64,000 nucleotides of DNA from the NCBI GenBank assembly GCA_012719955.1, contig JAAXZI010000159.1, forward strand, positions 5,618-69,617, read 5' to 3'. The stretch is from Phycisphaerae bacterium (GTDB lineage: Bacteria > Planctomycetota > Phycisphaerae > UBA1845 > PWPN01). Shown here one piece after another: positions 50,557-59,682 of this stretch. Under the pieces are notes generated by a model. It was not told the DNA's origin and searched no databases. It saw only the letters and a program-made list of their open reading frames with translations. Both the position numbers and the translations under genes were made by a program. Position 1 is the first letter of the stretch. The number at the start of each line of letters is the position of its first letter.

Positions 50557-51687
50557 TCACGGATAGATCAACGCATCCGTATCCGCCTGCGGCGTCAGGT
50601 TCGGTAACAGACGGCTGGGGGCTGTTCCAAAGATGGCCTCCGCCTCCGTGGCGTCCGGGCGTGGCCATTGGGTATAGATGTTGTCGTCCTTCGGACCCGC
50701 CAGCGGCTTGTTGGCCCACTCCACGCGTCCATCGACGAACAGGATATTCTGGCCTTCGCCTTTTCCAATCCCACCGTGATTGGGAGAGTTCCATGGCCGC
50801 CAGTCGTCAGGGCTGGATTTTGCGCTGAGCCCGGCCGGCGGTCTGGGTGGAGCCGATGCTCCGCTTTCAGCAGCTATACCAAACGGCCCTTTATCGGCCG
50901 CCAGCACGCATCGCGGATCCCCCTGGTAGCCGGGCCGGCCGTAACGGCCGTAGGGCACTTGATAGCCGTAACTGACCTGCTTATACCATGCGCCGCTCTG
51001 AGGCTGTGCCGCGGCCTTTGGTACGTCACCTGACCCGAAGTCCCAATAATCCATTGGGTAATCTTCTTCGTTCTTCTGATCCCCAGCTTCCGAACAAATG
51101 AATGAAGCCGGCATCACGCTGCCCATTCGGACGAGCGTCCAAAGGTTTCGCGTAGTGGAGATCTCCCGCCCGTCAGGCCCATCCACTTCCGACGTTTCAC
51201 CAGCTTTGGGCTGGTTTGCCACGCCCCGTTTGGAGCCGATCCGCCCAACGTAGTTCACCTGCCCGGTGGCTGTGGCGACCTGCTCCGGCCAGTGAGCGGC
51301 AATGGGCAACCCCTGGTTACCATCAACGGCATAGATAGACAACCCCTTCGCGATGCCACTCAAATTGGCGGCGCAGACTGTGCGACTGCTCAGCACGTGT
51401 ACACGGACAATTGCCGGATGTAGAACGGCCGCGATCATCAACAGGGCTGCCGCGCCACCGCAACACCAGAGCAGAATCCACCAAAGCGTCCAACGATCTC
51501 CTCGTGGCACTTCGATCCGGCCCGAGTACGGGATCACCTGCGGCGCCACCGGCATAGGCACCGTCTCGCCCGGCGCCGGGGCCATCATGGCCGTGGCACA
51601 CCTCGGGCACTCGACGGGTTGCCCCGCGCGATCATCCGCGATTTCAATACCGTTGCCGCAGGCCGGACAGCGAAATTGGATGGACAT
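50557..51687 (-). CDS. DUF1559 / H-X9-DG-like pseudopilin-related protein with N-terminal zinc ribbon instead of a prepilin leader
   Basis: The N-terminal zinc ribbon is CPACG..N18..CPRC, followed by a TM helix. CAANLSGIAKGLSIYA is the DUF1559-type helix. The C-terminal NHGGIGKGEGQNILFVDGRVEW is an H-X9-DG-like motif with longer spacing. Confidence 0.7.
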   Translation of the reverse strand: MSIQFRCPACGNGIEIADDRAGQPVECPRCATAMMAPAPGETVPMPVAPQVIPYSGRIEVPRGDRWTLWWILLWCCGGAAALLMIAAVLHPAIVRVHVLSSRTVCAANLSGIAKGLSIYAVDGNQGLPIAAHWPEQVATATGQVNYVGRIGSKRGVANQPKAGETSEVDGPDGREISTTRNLWTLVRMGSVMPASFICSEAGDQKNEEDYPMDYWDFGSGDVPKAAAQPQSGAWYKQVSYGYQVPYGRYGRPGYQGDPRCVLAADKGPFGIAAESGASAPPRPPAGLSAKSSPDDWRPWNSPNHGGIGKGEGQNILFVDGRVEWANKPLAGPKDDNIYTQWPRPDATEAEAIFGTAPSRLLPNLTPQADTDALIYP

Positions 51688-51896
51688 GTTTCAGCCTCCT
51701 GGCGTCTTCTCTGCCGCATAGTCAGTGCGGTTTTCAGTACACCAGTTTCATGCCGAAGCAGGCGGGTAAGAGCCTATCACTTTACAATTCAGGCGGGTAA
51801 GATGTCCCACCCACAGTTGAGGCGGGCAGGATGCCCGCCCTCCAGAGGGGCGGCCGCCGTGGTCGGGGGGCGGGCATCTTGTCCGCCTGATGGGCC

Positions 51897-51997
51897 GAAC
51901 AGCCGGTATGGAGCCCGGTCGCTACATGAGGCGAACGGCCGGTACGGAGCCCGGTCGCTACATGAGGCGAACGGCCGGTACGGAGCCCGGCCGCTAC
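51897..51997. repeat. family B array: ~2.8 tandem 36-bp units abutting the rpiA stop codon
   Basis: Units start at 51897, 51933 and 51969 (gaacggccggtacggagcccggtcgctacatgaggc). The rpiA stop codon is at 52007-52009. Confidence 0.95.
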
Positions 51998-52006
51998 AGA
52001 GGCTGG

Positions 52007-52705
52007 TTAGAACTCCACGATCTCCACGGTCGCGCCCGCCTCGTCCGCGCGGGCGATGACCGCCCCGGCCGCCAAGCCGACGAACAGCCCGTGCCCCACC
52101 AGGCCGGGGATGGCGTTCAGCTCGGCATCGAGCCTGGCCGGATCATCGATGCCGTCAAACTGCACGTCCACGATGGGGTTGCCCAGATCGGAGATGACCG
52201 GGCCGAGTTTGCCGCCGCTGGTTCGCATGACCGGCCGGCCGCCCAATTCGCGAAACCGCCTCATCGCCGAGGCCAGTGCCGGCGTGACTACCTCGGCCAC
52301 CACCGGATGCTTCCGGCCAAGATGCTCCACCCATTTTGAGCCGTCCGCCACCACCAGGTATCGCCGGGCCATCGAAGCGATGATCTTCTCAATGACCTGC
52401 GCTCCCCCGGCCCCCTTGAGATGGTTACCGGCCGGGTCGATCTCATCCGCGCCGTCGAGGGCCATATCCAGCTCGCTGACATCCATGGCCTCGCGGATGG
52501 GGATGCCGCACTCGATGGCCAGCGCGCGGGCCTGATACGACGTGGGCACCCCGACGATCCTGAGCCCAGAGTCGCGAACCCGCTCGCCCAGCCGGCGCAG
52601 GACATGCACCAGCGTGGAGCCGGAGCCCAGGCCCACGAGCATGCCGTCAGCCACCAAGTCAGCGGCGGCGTAGGCGGCGGCTTTTTTGAGATCGTCGCTG
52701 GTCAT
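52007..52705 (-). CDS. rpiA: ribose-5-phosphate isomerase A
   Basis: GLGSGSTLVHVL, DGADEIDPAGNHLKGAGGAQVIEKI, and VVADGSK. I chose the ATG at 52705. Confidence 0.92.
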   Translation of the reverse strand: MTSDDLKKAAAYAAADLVADGMLVGLGSGSTLVHVLRRLGERVRDSGLRIVGVPTSYQARALAIECGIPIREAMDVSELDMALDGADEIDPAGNHLKGAGGAQVIEKIIASMARRYLVVADGSKWVEHLGRKHPVVAEVVTPALASAMRRFRELGGRPVMRTSGGKLGPVISDLGNPIVDVQFDGIDDPARLDAELNAIPGLVGHGLFVGLAAGAVIARADEAGATVEIVEF

Positions 52706-52952
52706 GATGACAAGCTGGCGGTTCACAACAGCCTCAACCGCGGCTGAAGCCAACAGAAGGAGAGGATCGAAGGGAGTCAAAGGGGCGACTCCCATCAGTC
52801 TCTAAAGAGCCCGGCCTAAGCGCCCGCCTTCTGGAAAAAGCTCCATGGATGGGCTCAAGAGAGGCAGAGTCGCCCTCTCAAACCTTCCCACAAATCATCT
52901 GAGAGTGTCGCCCCATCGGCACCTCTCACTTCTCACTTCGCGCAGCGCCTAC

Positions 52953-53981
52953 TCAAATCTCCACCGGCTTCCCGGTGAGAATGCTCTTCTTCTCGGCCAG
53001 AGCCAAAGCCACCGCATCCCGGCTCTCCTGCGGCGTGCTGATCGTCGGGTTACGGCCTTGTTCGATGCAGTCCAGCATGTGCTGGATCTCGCCGAAATAC
53101 CCGTCGCCGGCCGGCAGTTCAACCTTCTGAGCCTCGTCCTTGCCCTGGAACAGGGTCAACGGCGTGTTGGGATTCAGATCGAATATCAGCGCCGCCTTCT
53201 CAAACACGGCCGTATAGCCCATGTTGAACCCATAGCTGGCCGGCATGTCCCAGGCGCCGATCAGTTGCGTCACGCGCGAACTGCCCGGGTAGAACCACTG
53301 GGCATGGACGCGGTCCATGCCCCCGCCGGTGCCCTGGCAACCCTGGGCCACCACAAAGGCCGGCTTGCCGAACAGATGCAGAGCAAAATCCACATCATGC
53401 ACGTGCAGGTCGAGGATGGCCCCGCCGGACAGCTCCGGGTTCGCGATCCAGTTGTTCAGTGAGTAGTCCGGAAAGGCGGCCTGGCGACGGAGCTCCAGCG
53501 ACCGCAACTGTCCGAAGCGACCATCGTCTACGGCCTTCTTGAGATACACATACTCGGGCCAGAAACGAATGCACTGGGCGATCATGAACCGGCCCTTGGC
53601 ATTTTTGGCCGCGGCCAGCATCTCATCGCAATCTTCGACCGTCAGGGCCATCGGCTTCTCGCAGAGCACGTGCTTGCCCGCTGCCAGAGCGGCCAGCACG
53701 ACCTCGCGGTGCAGGAATGTCGGGGCGCACAGATCGATGAGATCCACCTCAGGGTCGGCCACGATGTCCTTCCAGTCCGTGTATGGCCGGATATTGCCCA
53801 GGTCGCGCTTGGTGCCCTGCTTGTCGCCGATGTTCCCGCCGACCTTGGACCAGTCGCCGGCCCGGCGATCAGCCTCTTTGTCGCACAAGGCCACGACTTT
53901 GGCTCTCTCCGTCATTTTTTCGTACTGGTTGAAATGGTTCCGCCCGATGAATCCGGCCCCGATGATTCCTACCCGAACCAT
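52953..53981 (-). CDS. Gfo/Idh/MocA family oxidoreductase (cytoplasmic)
   Basis: MVRVGIIGAGFIGRNH Rossmann motif and the EKPMALT motif. Confidence 0.9.
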   Translation of the reverse strand: MVRVGIIGAGFIGRNHFNQYEKMTERAKVVALCDKEADRRAGDWSKVGGNIGDKQGTKRDLGNIRPYTDWKDIVADPEVDLIDLCAPTFLHREVVLAALAAGKHVLCEKPMALTVEDCDEMLAAAKNAKGRFMIAQCIRFWPEYVYLKKAVDDGRFGQLRSLELRRQAAFPDYSLNNWIANPELSGGAILDLHVHDVDFALHLFGKPAFVVAQGCQGTGGGMDRVHAQWFYPGSSRVTQLIGAWDMPASYGFNMGYTAVFEKAALIFDLNPNTPLTLFQGKDEAQKVELPAGDGYFGEIQHMLDCIEQGRNPTISTPQESRDAVALALAEKKSILTGKPVEI

Positions 53982-54164
53982 ATCTATCCTCCTATCATTT
54001 CTGAGGTTGTGAACCATGAAAGTGGAATCCGTTCGCCCACCACAGAAGCGGATGGTAACTCATCGCCCCTGCGGGCGGAAGCCCTGCCGATCGCACGCGC
54101 AGAAATCTCCGCGTCGATGCCGCCCAAGGGGGGGGCGTTCCATTTCAAATGCGCTGGCCAAAGC

Positions 54165-57100
54165 ATGGATAGCTCATTATTATCGGTGCCCATGAAAATC
54201 AACTTACTCTCAACCAGCATCGTGGCCCTGGGTCTGGTCGGCTTCGCGGCAGCGGCTGACATCCCTTGGCCGGAACATCCTCGACCTGATTTTCAACGGC
54301 CCGCCTGGGTCAATCTCAACGGCCAGTGGGCGTTCGCCTTCGATCCCAAGGACGAGGGCGAGAAGGCCGGCTGGTTCAAACCGGACCACAAGCTGGCCTT
54401 GAAGATCACGGTTCCGTTCCCGTGGGAGAGCAAGCTGAGCGGCATTGCCGACACCGAGTACAAGGGCGTGGCCTGGTACTCGCGCGAGGTGACGCTTCCC
54501 GACGGGCCGGAGTGGCAGGGCAAGGACGCCTGGCTGGTGATCGGCGCCTGCGATTGGGAGGCCACCGTCTGGGTCAACGGCGAGGAAGCGACTCGGCACG
54601 TGGGCGGCTACATGCCCTTTGACGTGAATCTGTCCAAGTTCGCCAAGCCGGGCGAGAAGGTCACGGTGACCATCCGCGCCGTTGACATCACTGACCCGCA
54701 ACAGCCCACCGGCAAGCAGGTCCACTGGTACACCCGCACCAGCGGCATCTGGCAGACGGTGTATTTAGAGGCCAGACCCGCGGCCCATATCCTGAACATG
54801 CGTGTCTTCCCCTCTCTGAAGGACGGGGCGGGAAAGTTCGAGCTGCTGCTTACCAAGGCCACCGACGGAAAAAATGTCAGGTTGTCCAGCCCTGACGGCG
54901 CTTTTGAGTCAACCACCGTCCGCGCCCGGCAGCTCAAAGGGACTGAAACGGCATGCACGGCCGTGCTGACCGCCAAGCTGAAACAACCGCGGCCCTGGTC
55001 GCCGGACGACCCGCATCTGTACCCGGTCATTCTGGAAGTGCTGGATGGAAAGCGCGTTGCAGACCGCGTGGAAAGCTACTTCGGCCTGCGCGAAATCTCC
55101 ATCGCCAAGGCCCCCGGGCGCGACTACCAGTACATCTATCTCAACGGCAAGCCCCTCTATCTGGCCGGCGCCCTGCACCAGTCGTTCCACCCGGACGGCA
55201 TCTATCACTATCCCAACGACGCCGTGATGCGCAGCGACTACGAACTCTGCAAGCAGATCGGGATCAACTTCCTGCGCATCCACATCAAGGCCCCCATCCC
55301 CCGTGAACTCTACTGGGCGGACAAGCTGGGCGTCCTGATCATGCAGGACATGCCCAACTTCTGGCATCACAGCAACCAGGCCCGGGCGTGGTACGAAAAG
55401 ATGCTGGAGGAGACCATCGCCCGCGATTTCAACCATCCGGCCATCTTCGCCTGGGTGGATTTCAACGAGACCTGGGGCCTGAACAACCCCGGCCCCTACG
55501 ACGCCGAGCGCCAGAAGTGGGTGGCCGGCATTTACCGCAAGACCAAGGAGCTCGATCCCACCCGCCTGGTCGAAGACAACTCCCCCTGCTACTACGACCA
55601 CGTGGAGACCGACATCAACTCCTGGCACTTCTACATCAACGACTACGCCGCCGCCCAAAAGCACCTCGCCGAGGTGGTGGAGAAATGCCACCCCGGCTCC
55701 AGCTTTAACTGCTGCGAGGGCTGGACGCAGAAGGACGCCCCGCTCATCAACAGCGAATACGGCGGCATCAGCGCCGGCCTGGGCGACCAAGACATCTCCT
55801 GGTGCTTCAAGTTCCTGACCAACGAGCTGCGTCTGCATGACAAGATCTGCGGCTACATCTACACCGAACTCTCCGACATCGAGTGGGAGCACAACGGCTT
55901 CGTCAATTACGACCGCTCGCCCAAGGAGTACGGCTACGAGTACTGGCATCCCGGCTTCACACTCAAGGACATCAACAACCCCGACTTCGTCGTCATCGAC
56001 GCTCCGCCGATGATCGAGCTGAAGGACAAAGAGGTGGTCCGTGTCCCCATTCGCATCAGCCACTGGTCAAGCCACGAGGCCAAAGACCTTAAGCTGCGCT
56101 GGTGCACGCACTGGCCCGCTCCCCCGACCCTGTCCCCCGCGGCGCCGGAACTCCGCTGGGAGTCGCGTCCGGCCAAGTGGCGGCCGTTCACCGTCGTCGA
56201 GCAGGAGCCGATCGTCGTCACCGCGATGAAGGACCGTCCCGTCGGGGCCCTGCTGGTCGAATTGCTTGACGGCGAACAGGTGCTGGCCCGCAACTACATC
56301 AACCTCTGCCAGCAGATCAAGCATCCCGGCATCCAGGCCACGGGCAAAGACCGCCTGACGCTTACCTTCTCCCCGGGTGATTTTGCCGAACGGACCTTCG
56401 CCGGCGCCGTGCCGATTGTCAGCGGCCAGCCAAGCGACTGGGTGGCCGGCCGGGAAAGCGGCTACTACCAGTATGAGCTGGAACTCCCCTACGGAGCCGC
56501 CCTCGACCATCTGCAGTCCATCACCGTCAGCGCTGAATTGGCCTCCCGGGGCTTGGAGGAAAAACTCGACTGGCCTGCACGGCGAACGCCCCATGACAAA
56601 CCGCAGACCGACGGCAAGAAGCATCCGACCGACGTGCGCGTCAGTATCAACGGCGTCGAATTGGGTCGGGCAAGACTGCCCGACGATCCGGCCGACGCCC
56701 GCGGGGCGCTCTCGCACTATCGCGGACTGGCCGGCGGATATGGCTACATGACCGCCATTACCGTCGCCGACGAGGACAAACTCGCCCGGATCGCCAAAGA
56801 GGCCGGCGCCGAGCGCCTCCTGCGGCTGCGTTTCGAGGTGCCGGCCGACGCCTCCAGCAAGGGCGGGTTGACCCTCTACGGGGCCGGCCTGGGCTGCCAC
56901 GGGCTGCCCCCTTCGGTCGTCCTGACCTTCAAGCCGGGCCACGGCCCCGCCGAGGACTTCAAACAGGATAAATCCCCCGCGGTCAATCAGGCCCGCGAGG
57001 CCATTCGCGCCCTCGTCCCCACGGCCGAGGCCGGCGGTTACGAATGGCGCTTCACCATGACCCAGCCGGCCGCCGACTGGACCGCGCCGGAATTCGACGC

Positions 57101-57467
57101 TTCGGCCTGGCGAAAAGGCCGCGGCGGATTCGGCTCCCGTGGCACGCCGAACGCCGTCATCGGCACGTCCTGGCGGAGCCCCGAAATCTGGCTGCGAACT
57201 GAGTTCACCCTCGACGATCCCGCCAGCGTCAGAGGCGGATCCTGGCGGATTTACCACGATGAGGACGTCGAAATCTATCTCAACGGCGTCAAGGTAGTGG
57301 CCCTGGGTGAGTACACCACGGAGTACATCAACCTGCCGCTGGAGCCTAATGCTCTGAAAGAGCTGAAAAAGGGCCGCAATGTGCTGGCCGTGCACTGCCG
57401 GCAGACAAGCGGCGGTCAAAACGTGGATGTGGGCCTGACCCTGCTCGGCCCAACCGGCCAGAAATAG
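54165..57467 (+). CDS. secreted glycoside hydrolase family 2-like protein with C-terminal accessory domains
   Basis: Signal peptide (start at 54165, or ATG at 54192). It has a GH2 sugar-binding-like N-terminus (LNGQWAFAFDP..GVAWYSREV..), a TIM-barrel segment (NFLRIHIKAP..DFNETWG..INSEYGG), and a ~450-aa C-terminal extension. The track ORF start at 53670 overlaps the opposite-strand oxidoreductase and is rejected. Confidence 0.85.
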   Translation: MDSSLLSVPMKINLLSTSIVALGLVGFAAAADIPWPEHPRPDFQRPAWVNLNGQWAFAFDPKDEGEKAGWFKPDHKLALKITVPFPWESKLSGIADTEYKGVAWYSREVTLPDGPEWQGKDAWLVIGACDWEATVWVNGEEATRHVGGYMPFDVNLSKFAKPGEKVTVTIRAVDITDPQQPTGKQVHWYTRTSGIWQTVYLEARPAAHILNMRVFPSLKDGAGKFELLLTKATDGKNVRLSSPDGAFESTTVRARQLKGTETACTAVLTAKLKQPRPWSPDDPHLYPVILEVLDGKRVADRVESYFGLREISIAKAPGRDYQYIYLNGKPLYLAGALHQSFHPDGIYHYPNDAVMRSDYELCKQIGINFLRIHIKAPIPRELYWADKLGVLIMQDMPNFWHHSNQARAWYEKMLEETIARDFNHPAIFAWVDFNETWGLNNPGPYDAERQKWVAGIYRKTKELDPTRLVEDNSPCYYDHVETDINSWHFYINDYAAAQKHLAEVVEKCHPGSSFNCCEGWTQKDAPLINSEYGGISAGLGDQDISWCFKFLTNELRLHDKICGYIYTELSDIEWEHNGFVNYDRSPKEYGYEYWHPGFTLKDINNPDFVVIDAPPMIELKDKEVVRVPIRISHWSSHEAKDLKLRWCTHWPAPPTLSPAAPELRWESRPAKWRPFTVVEQEPIVVTAMKDRPVGALLVELLDGEQVLARNYINLCQQIKHPGIQATGKDRLTLTFSPGDFAERTFAGAVPIVSGQPSDWVAGRESGYYQYELELPYGAALDHLQSITVSAELASRGLEEKLDWPARRTPHDKPQTDGKKHPTDVRVSINGVELGRARLPDDPADARGALSHYRGLAGGYGYMTAITVADEDKLARIAKEAGAERLLRLRFEVPADASSKGGLTLYGAGLGCHGLPPSVVLTFKPGHGPAEDFKQDKSPAVNQAREAIRALVPTAEAGGYEWRFTMTQPAADWTAPEFDASAWRKGRGGFGSRGTPNAVIGTSWRSPEIWLRTEFTLDDPASVRGGSWRIYHDEDVEIYLNGVKVVALGEYTTEYINLPLEPNALKELKKGRNVLAVHCRQTSGGQNVDVGLTLLGPTGQK

Positions 57468-57553
57468 ATTAGGCTCCGGCCGAATGGCCTGAGCGTTCTC
57501 CGCGGGCTTCAGATGAAGTGCAAGGGGCCCCGGGATGGGTGCTATAGCCCGGC

Positions 57554-57582
57554 CGGCACGGCTCAAGAGCCGTGGCACACAA
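57554..57582. repeat. family A element, right-end fragment (A4)
   Basis: cggcacggctcaagagccgtggcacacaaa matches the family A right terminus. Confidence 0.7.
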
Positions 57583-57661
57583 ATCATCCGCTTTGGCGTT
57601 TCACCACCGTGCACGGTCAGTTGGCCGTGCACGGTGTTTTTAGTTTCGTGCCGTCGGGGGG

Positions 57662-57811
57662 CCAACGGCGGCACGGAGTCCAACGGCCGGTACGGAGCCC
57701 GGCCGCTACGCATGGCGGAAACAACCGGTATGGAGCCCGGCCAGTACGCGTGGCGGGAATGGCCGGTACGCACTGGCGGAAAAGGCCGGTATGGAAATGC
57801 CTGGCCGTCAC
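57662..57811. repeat. family B array, ~4 degenerating units, upstream of tRNA-Leu
   Basis: One consensus unit caacggccggtacggagcccggccgctacg, plus progressively diverged copies (caaccggtatggagcccggccagtacg, ggccggtacgcactgg, ggccggtatggaaatgcctggccg). Confidence 0.85.
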
Positions 57812-57925
57812 AGGTGGGGCCAAATTCCTGGCCCGGATAGGGTACCAGACCTACCCTGATTTCGATCAGGCTATCCAGTTGACATTTCCGGGGCCAAGCC
57901 CTTTAATATGCCCTCACAGCCAATC

Positions 57926-58010
57926 GCGGATGTGGCGGAATTGGCAGACGCGCAAGGTTCAGGTCCTTGTGTCCGTTAAGGACGTGGAGGTTCGAGTCCT
58001 CTCATCCGCA
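57926..58010 (+). tRNA. tRNA-Leu (anticodon CAG), type II with long variable arm
   Basis: Folded by hand. Acceptor stem GCGGATG/CATCCGC with discriminator A; D arm GCG-gaattggcaga-CGC; anticodon arm CAAGG-ttCAGgt-CCTTG; variable stem GTCC/GGAC; T arm GGAGG-TTCGAGT-CCTCT. CCA is not encoded. Confidence 0.9.
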
Positions 58011-58020
58011 TCCAACCTCA

Positions 58021-58045
58021 AGCAGCCCTCGGGGCTGCTTTTTTT
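58021..58045 (+). terminator. rho-independent terminator after tRNA-Leu
   Basis: AGCAGCCC-tcg-GGGCTGCT followed by TTTTTTT. Confidence 0.8.
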
Positions 58046-58313
58046 GATGGCTTCAGCCCCATCAACGAGCAACGCACGGCCAGAAGACGCAGCCAATCCC
58101 CCCGCAATCGAAGTAACGACATGGCCAGTCCACTCCGTCCGCCGCCCCTTATCCGCAACCTAATAATTAGCAATAACTTAAATACACAAGCCGCGGTCGC
58201 CCTGCTTTCCCCCTGATTCTTTGCCCCTTTGGTTTGCCGCCTCTCCATGCCCGCCCCTCCCAAACCGTCGCCGCACCCGCTACCATCTCACCGTGACTAC
58301 CAGGACCTCTGGC

Positions 58314-59624
58314 ATGATGAACGCGCTGGTCTACGACATCGGTCCTGCGCGGTGGTTGGCGACCAAGGCTGCCGGCTGGTTCACCCCCGCAGCCTACTAC
58401 TCGCGGATATCCGCAATCAGCCTCCGCCAGGTGCCCATCCCCGCTCTGCCTTCGCCCGAATGGCTGCGTCTGCGCCCCATCCTGGGCGGCATCTGCGGCA
58501 CCGACTTGGCCGCTATCACGCTACGGCATCACCCGGCCGGCATTCTTCAGGTCTTCTCCAGCATGCCCGCCGTTCTCGGCCACGAAAATGTCTCCATCGT
58601 CGATGAGGTCGGACCGGCCGTCACCCGCTGGCGGCCCGGAGACCGGGTGGTGGTCGAACCCTCCCTCTCCTGCCTTCCGCGCGGCATTCATCCGCCCTGC
58701 CCACAATGCACGGCCGGCCGTTTCACGCTGTGCGACAACTTCCTGGCGGGCCCCCTGCCCCCGGGCTCCATGATCGGCTGGAACTCCTTCACGGGGGGAA
58801 GCTGGGCGCCCTACTTCATCGCGCACCAGTCCCAGCTTTACGCCGTGCCCGAAGAGATGAACGACGAGGAGGCCGTGCTGACCGATCCCATCGCCGGCGC
58901 CCTCCACGCCGTGCTTCGCCACCCCCCCGCGGACGACCAGACCGTCCTGATCCTCGGCGCCGGGCTCCTGGGTCTGGGCATTGCGGCCGGCATCCGGGCC
59001 CTGGGCGGCCGATGCCGACTGATTGCTTTGACTCGTCACCCGCGTCAGAGCGAAATGATGCAGCGATTCGGCGTCAACGAAACCATACCGGTGCGCCGAA
59101 AGGACTCCAAGGCGGTGCGGTATGGCCGGGTGGCCGAGCGCATCGGCGGGAAGCTGTACCCCTCAAGGTTCGGGAACCGGGTGCTCATTGGCGGGTTCGA
59201 CGTGGTTTACGACTGCATCGGCACCGGCGAGAGCCTGAGCGACGCCATGAAATACGCCCGTTCCGGCGGGACCGTCGTCGAAGTCGGCACCTCGCAGATC
59301 AGCATGGTCGATACCACTCCCCTGTGGTTCAACGAAGTCAATCTCGTGGGGGCCAATGGCCGGGCCTTCGAGCAATACGACGGCCGGCGCATGCACACCT
59401 ACGAAATCGTCTTCGAGCTGGTAAAGCAGAATCGTTTGGACCTCGCCGGCCTGCTCACCCACCGATTCCAGCCGGCCGATTACCGCAGGGCCTTCGCCGC
59501 CCTTGTCGATAGGGCCCATTCGGGGGCGATCAAGGTGGCTTTCGAACCGGCCGTCAGGCCACGGTCCAGCAGCCTGCCCGTTGGGCAGCAAAGCGAAGCG
59601 CAGGCCTGCTCCCACTCGCGGTAA
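58314..59624 (+). CDS. zinc-type medium-chain alcohol/polyol dehydrogenase family protein
   Basis: GICGTDL and GHE catalytic-zinc context, a structural-zinc Cys cluster (C..PPCPQC..C), and the GAGLLGLG Rossmann motif. I chose the ATG at 58314 (MMNALVYD). Confidence 0.85.
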   Translation: MMNALVYDIGPARWLATKAAGWFTPAAYYSRISAISLRQVPIPALPSPEWLRLRPILGGICGTDLAAITLRHHPAGILQVFSSMPAVLGHENVSIVDEVGPAVTRWRPGDRVVVEPSLSCLPRGIHPPCPQCTAGRFTLCDNFLAGPLPPGSMIGWNSFTGGSWAPYFIAHQSQLYAVPEEMNDEEAVLTDPIAGALHAVLRHPPADDQTVLILGAGLLGLGIAAGIRALGGRCRLIALTRHPRQSEMMQRFGVNETIPVRRKDSKAVRYGRVAERIGGKLYPSRFGNRVLIGGFDVVYDCIGTGESLSDAMKYARSGGTVVEVGTSQISMVDTTPLWFNEVNLVGANGRAFEQYDGRRMHTYEIVFELVKQNRLDLAGLLTHRFQPADYRRAFAALVDRAHSGAIKVAFEPAVRPRSSSLPVGQQSEAQACSHSR

Positions 59625-59682
59625 TCATGGCGGTGCACTTACCGAAAGGGCCAAGACGGTCCCCTCTCCGGCCCGCAGTCGG

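Noticed and set aside
51897-51997. Could the 36-bp (51897-51997) or 44-bp (42365-42496) tandem arrays be CRISPR arrays?
   Set aside because: The units are contiguous, with no unique spacers between them. There are only about 3 copies and no cas genes in the window. They are tandem REP-like repeats.
53670-54164. N-terminal 165 codons of the 1265-aa track ORF 53670..57467.
   Set aside because: This part overlaps the opposite-strand Gfo/Idh/MocA gene and is low-complexity. A signal peptide begins at the internal ATG at 54165/54192, which is the credible start. Similar in-frame upstream extensions were trimmed for the ORFs at 390, 11013, 16800, 23110, 24595, 30985, 34404, 34441, 40047, 40117, 42433, 45515, 47127, 49972, 52795, 54017, 58221 and 61751.
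57926-58320. A genomic island integrated at tRNA-Leu.
   Set aside because: I found no integrase and no direct repeat of the tRNA 3' end within the window. The next two genes (MDR dehydrogenase, M29 aminopeptidase) look like ordinary housekeeping genes with typical composition.
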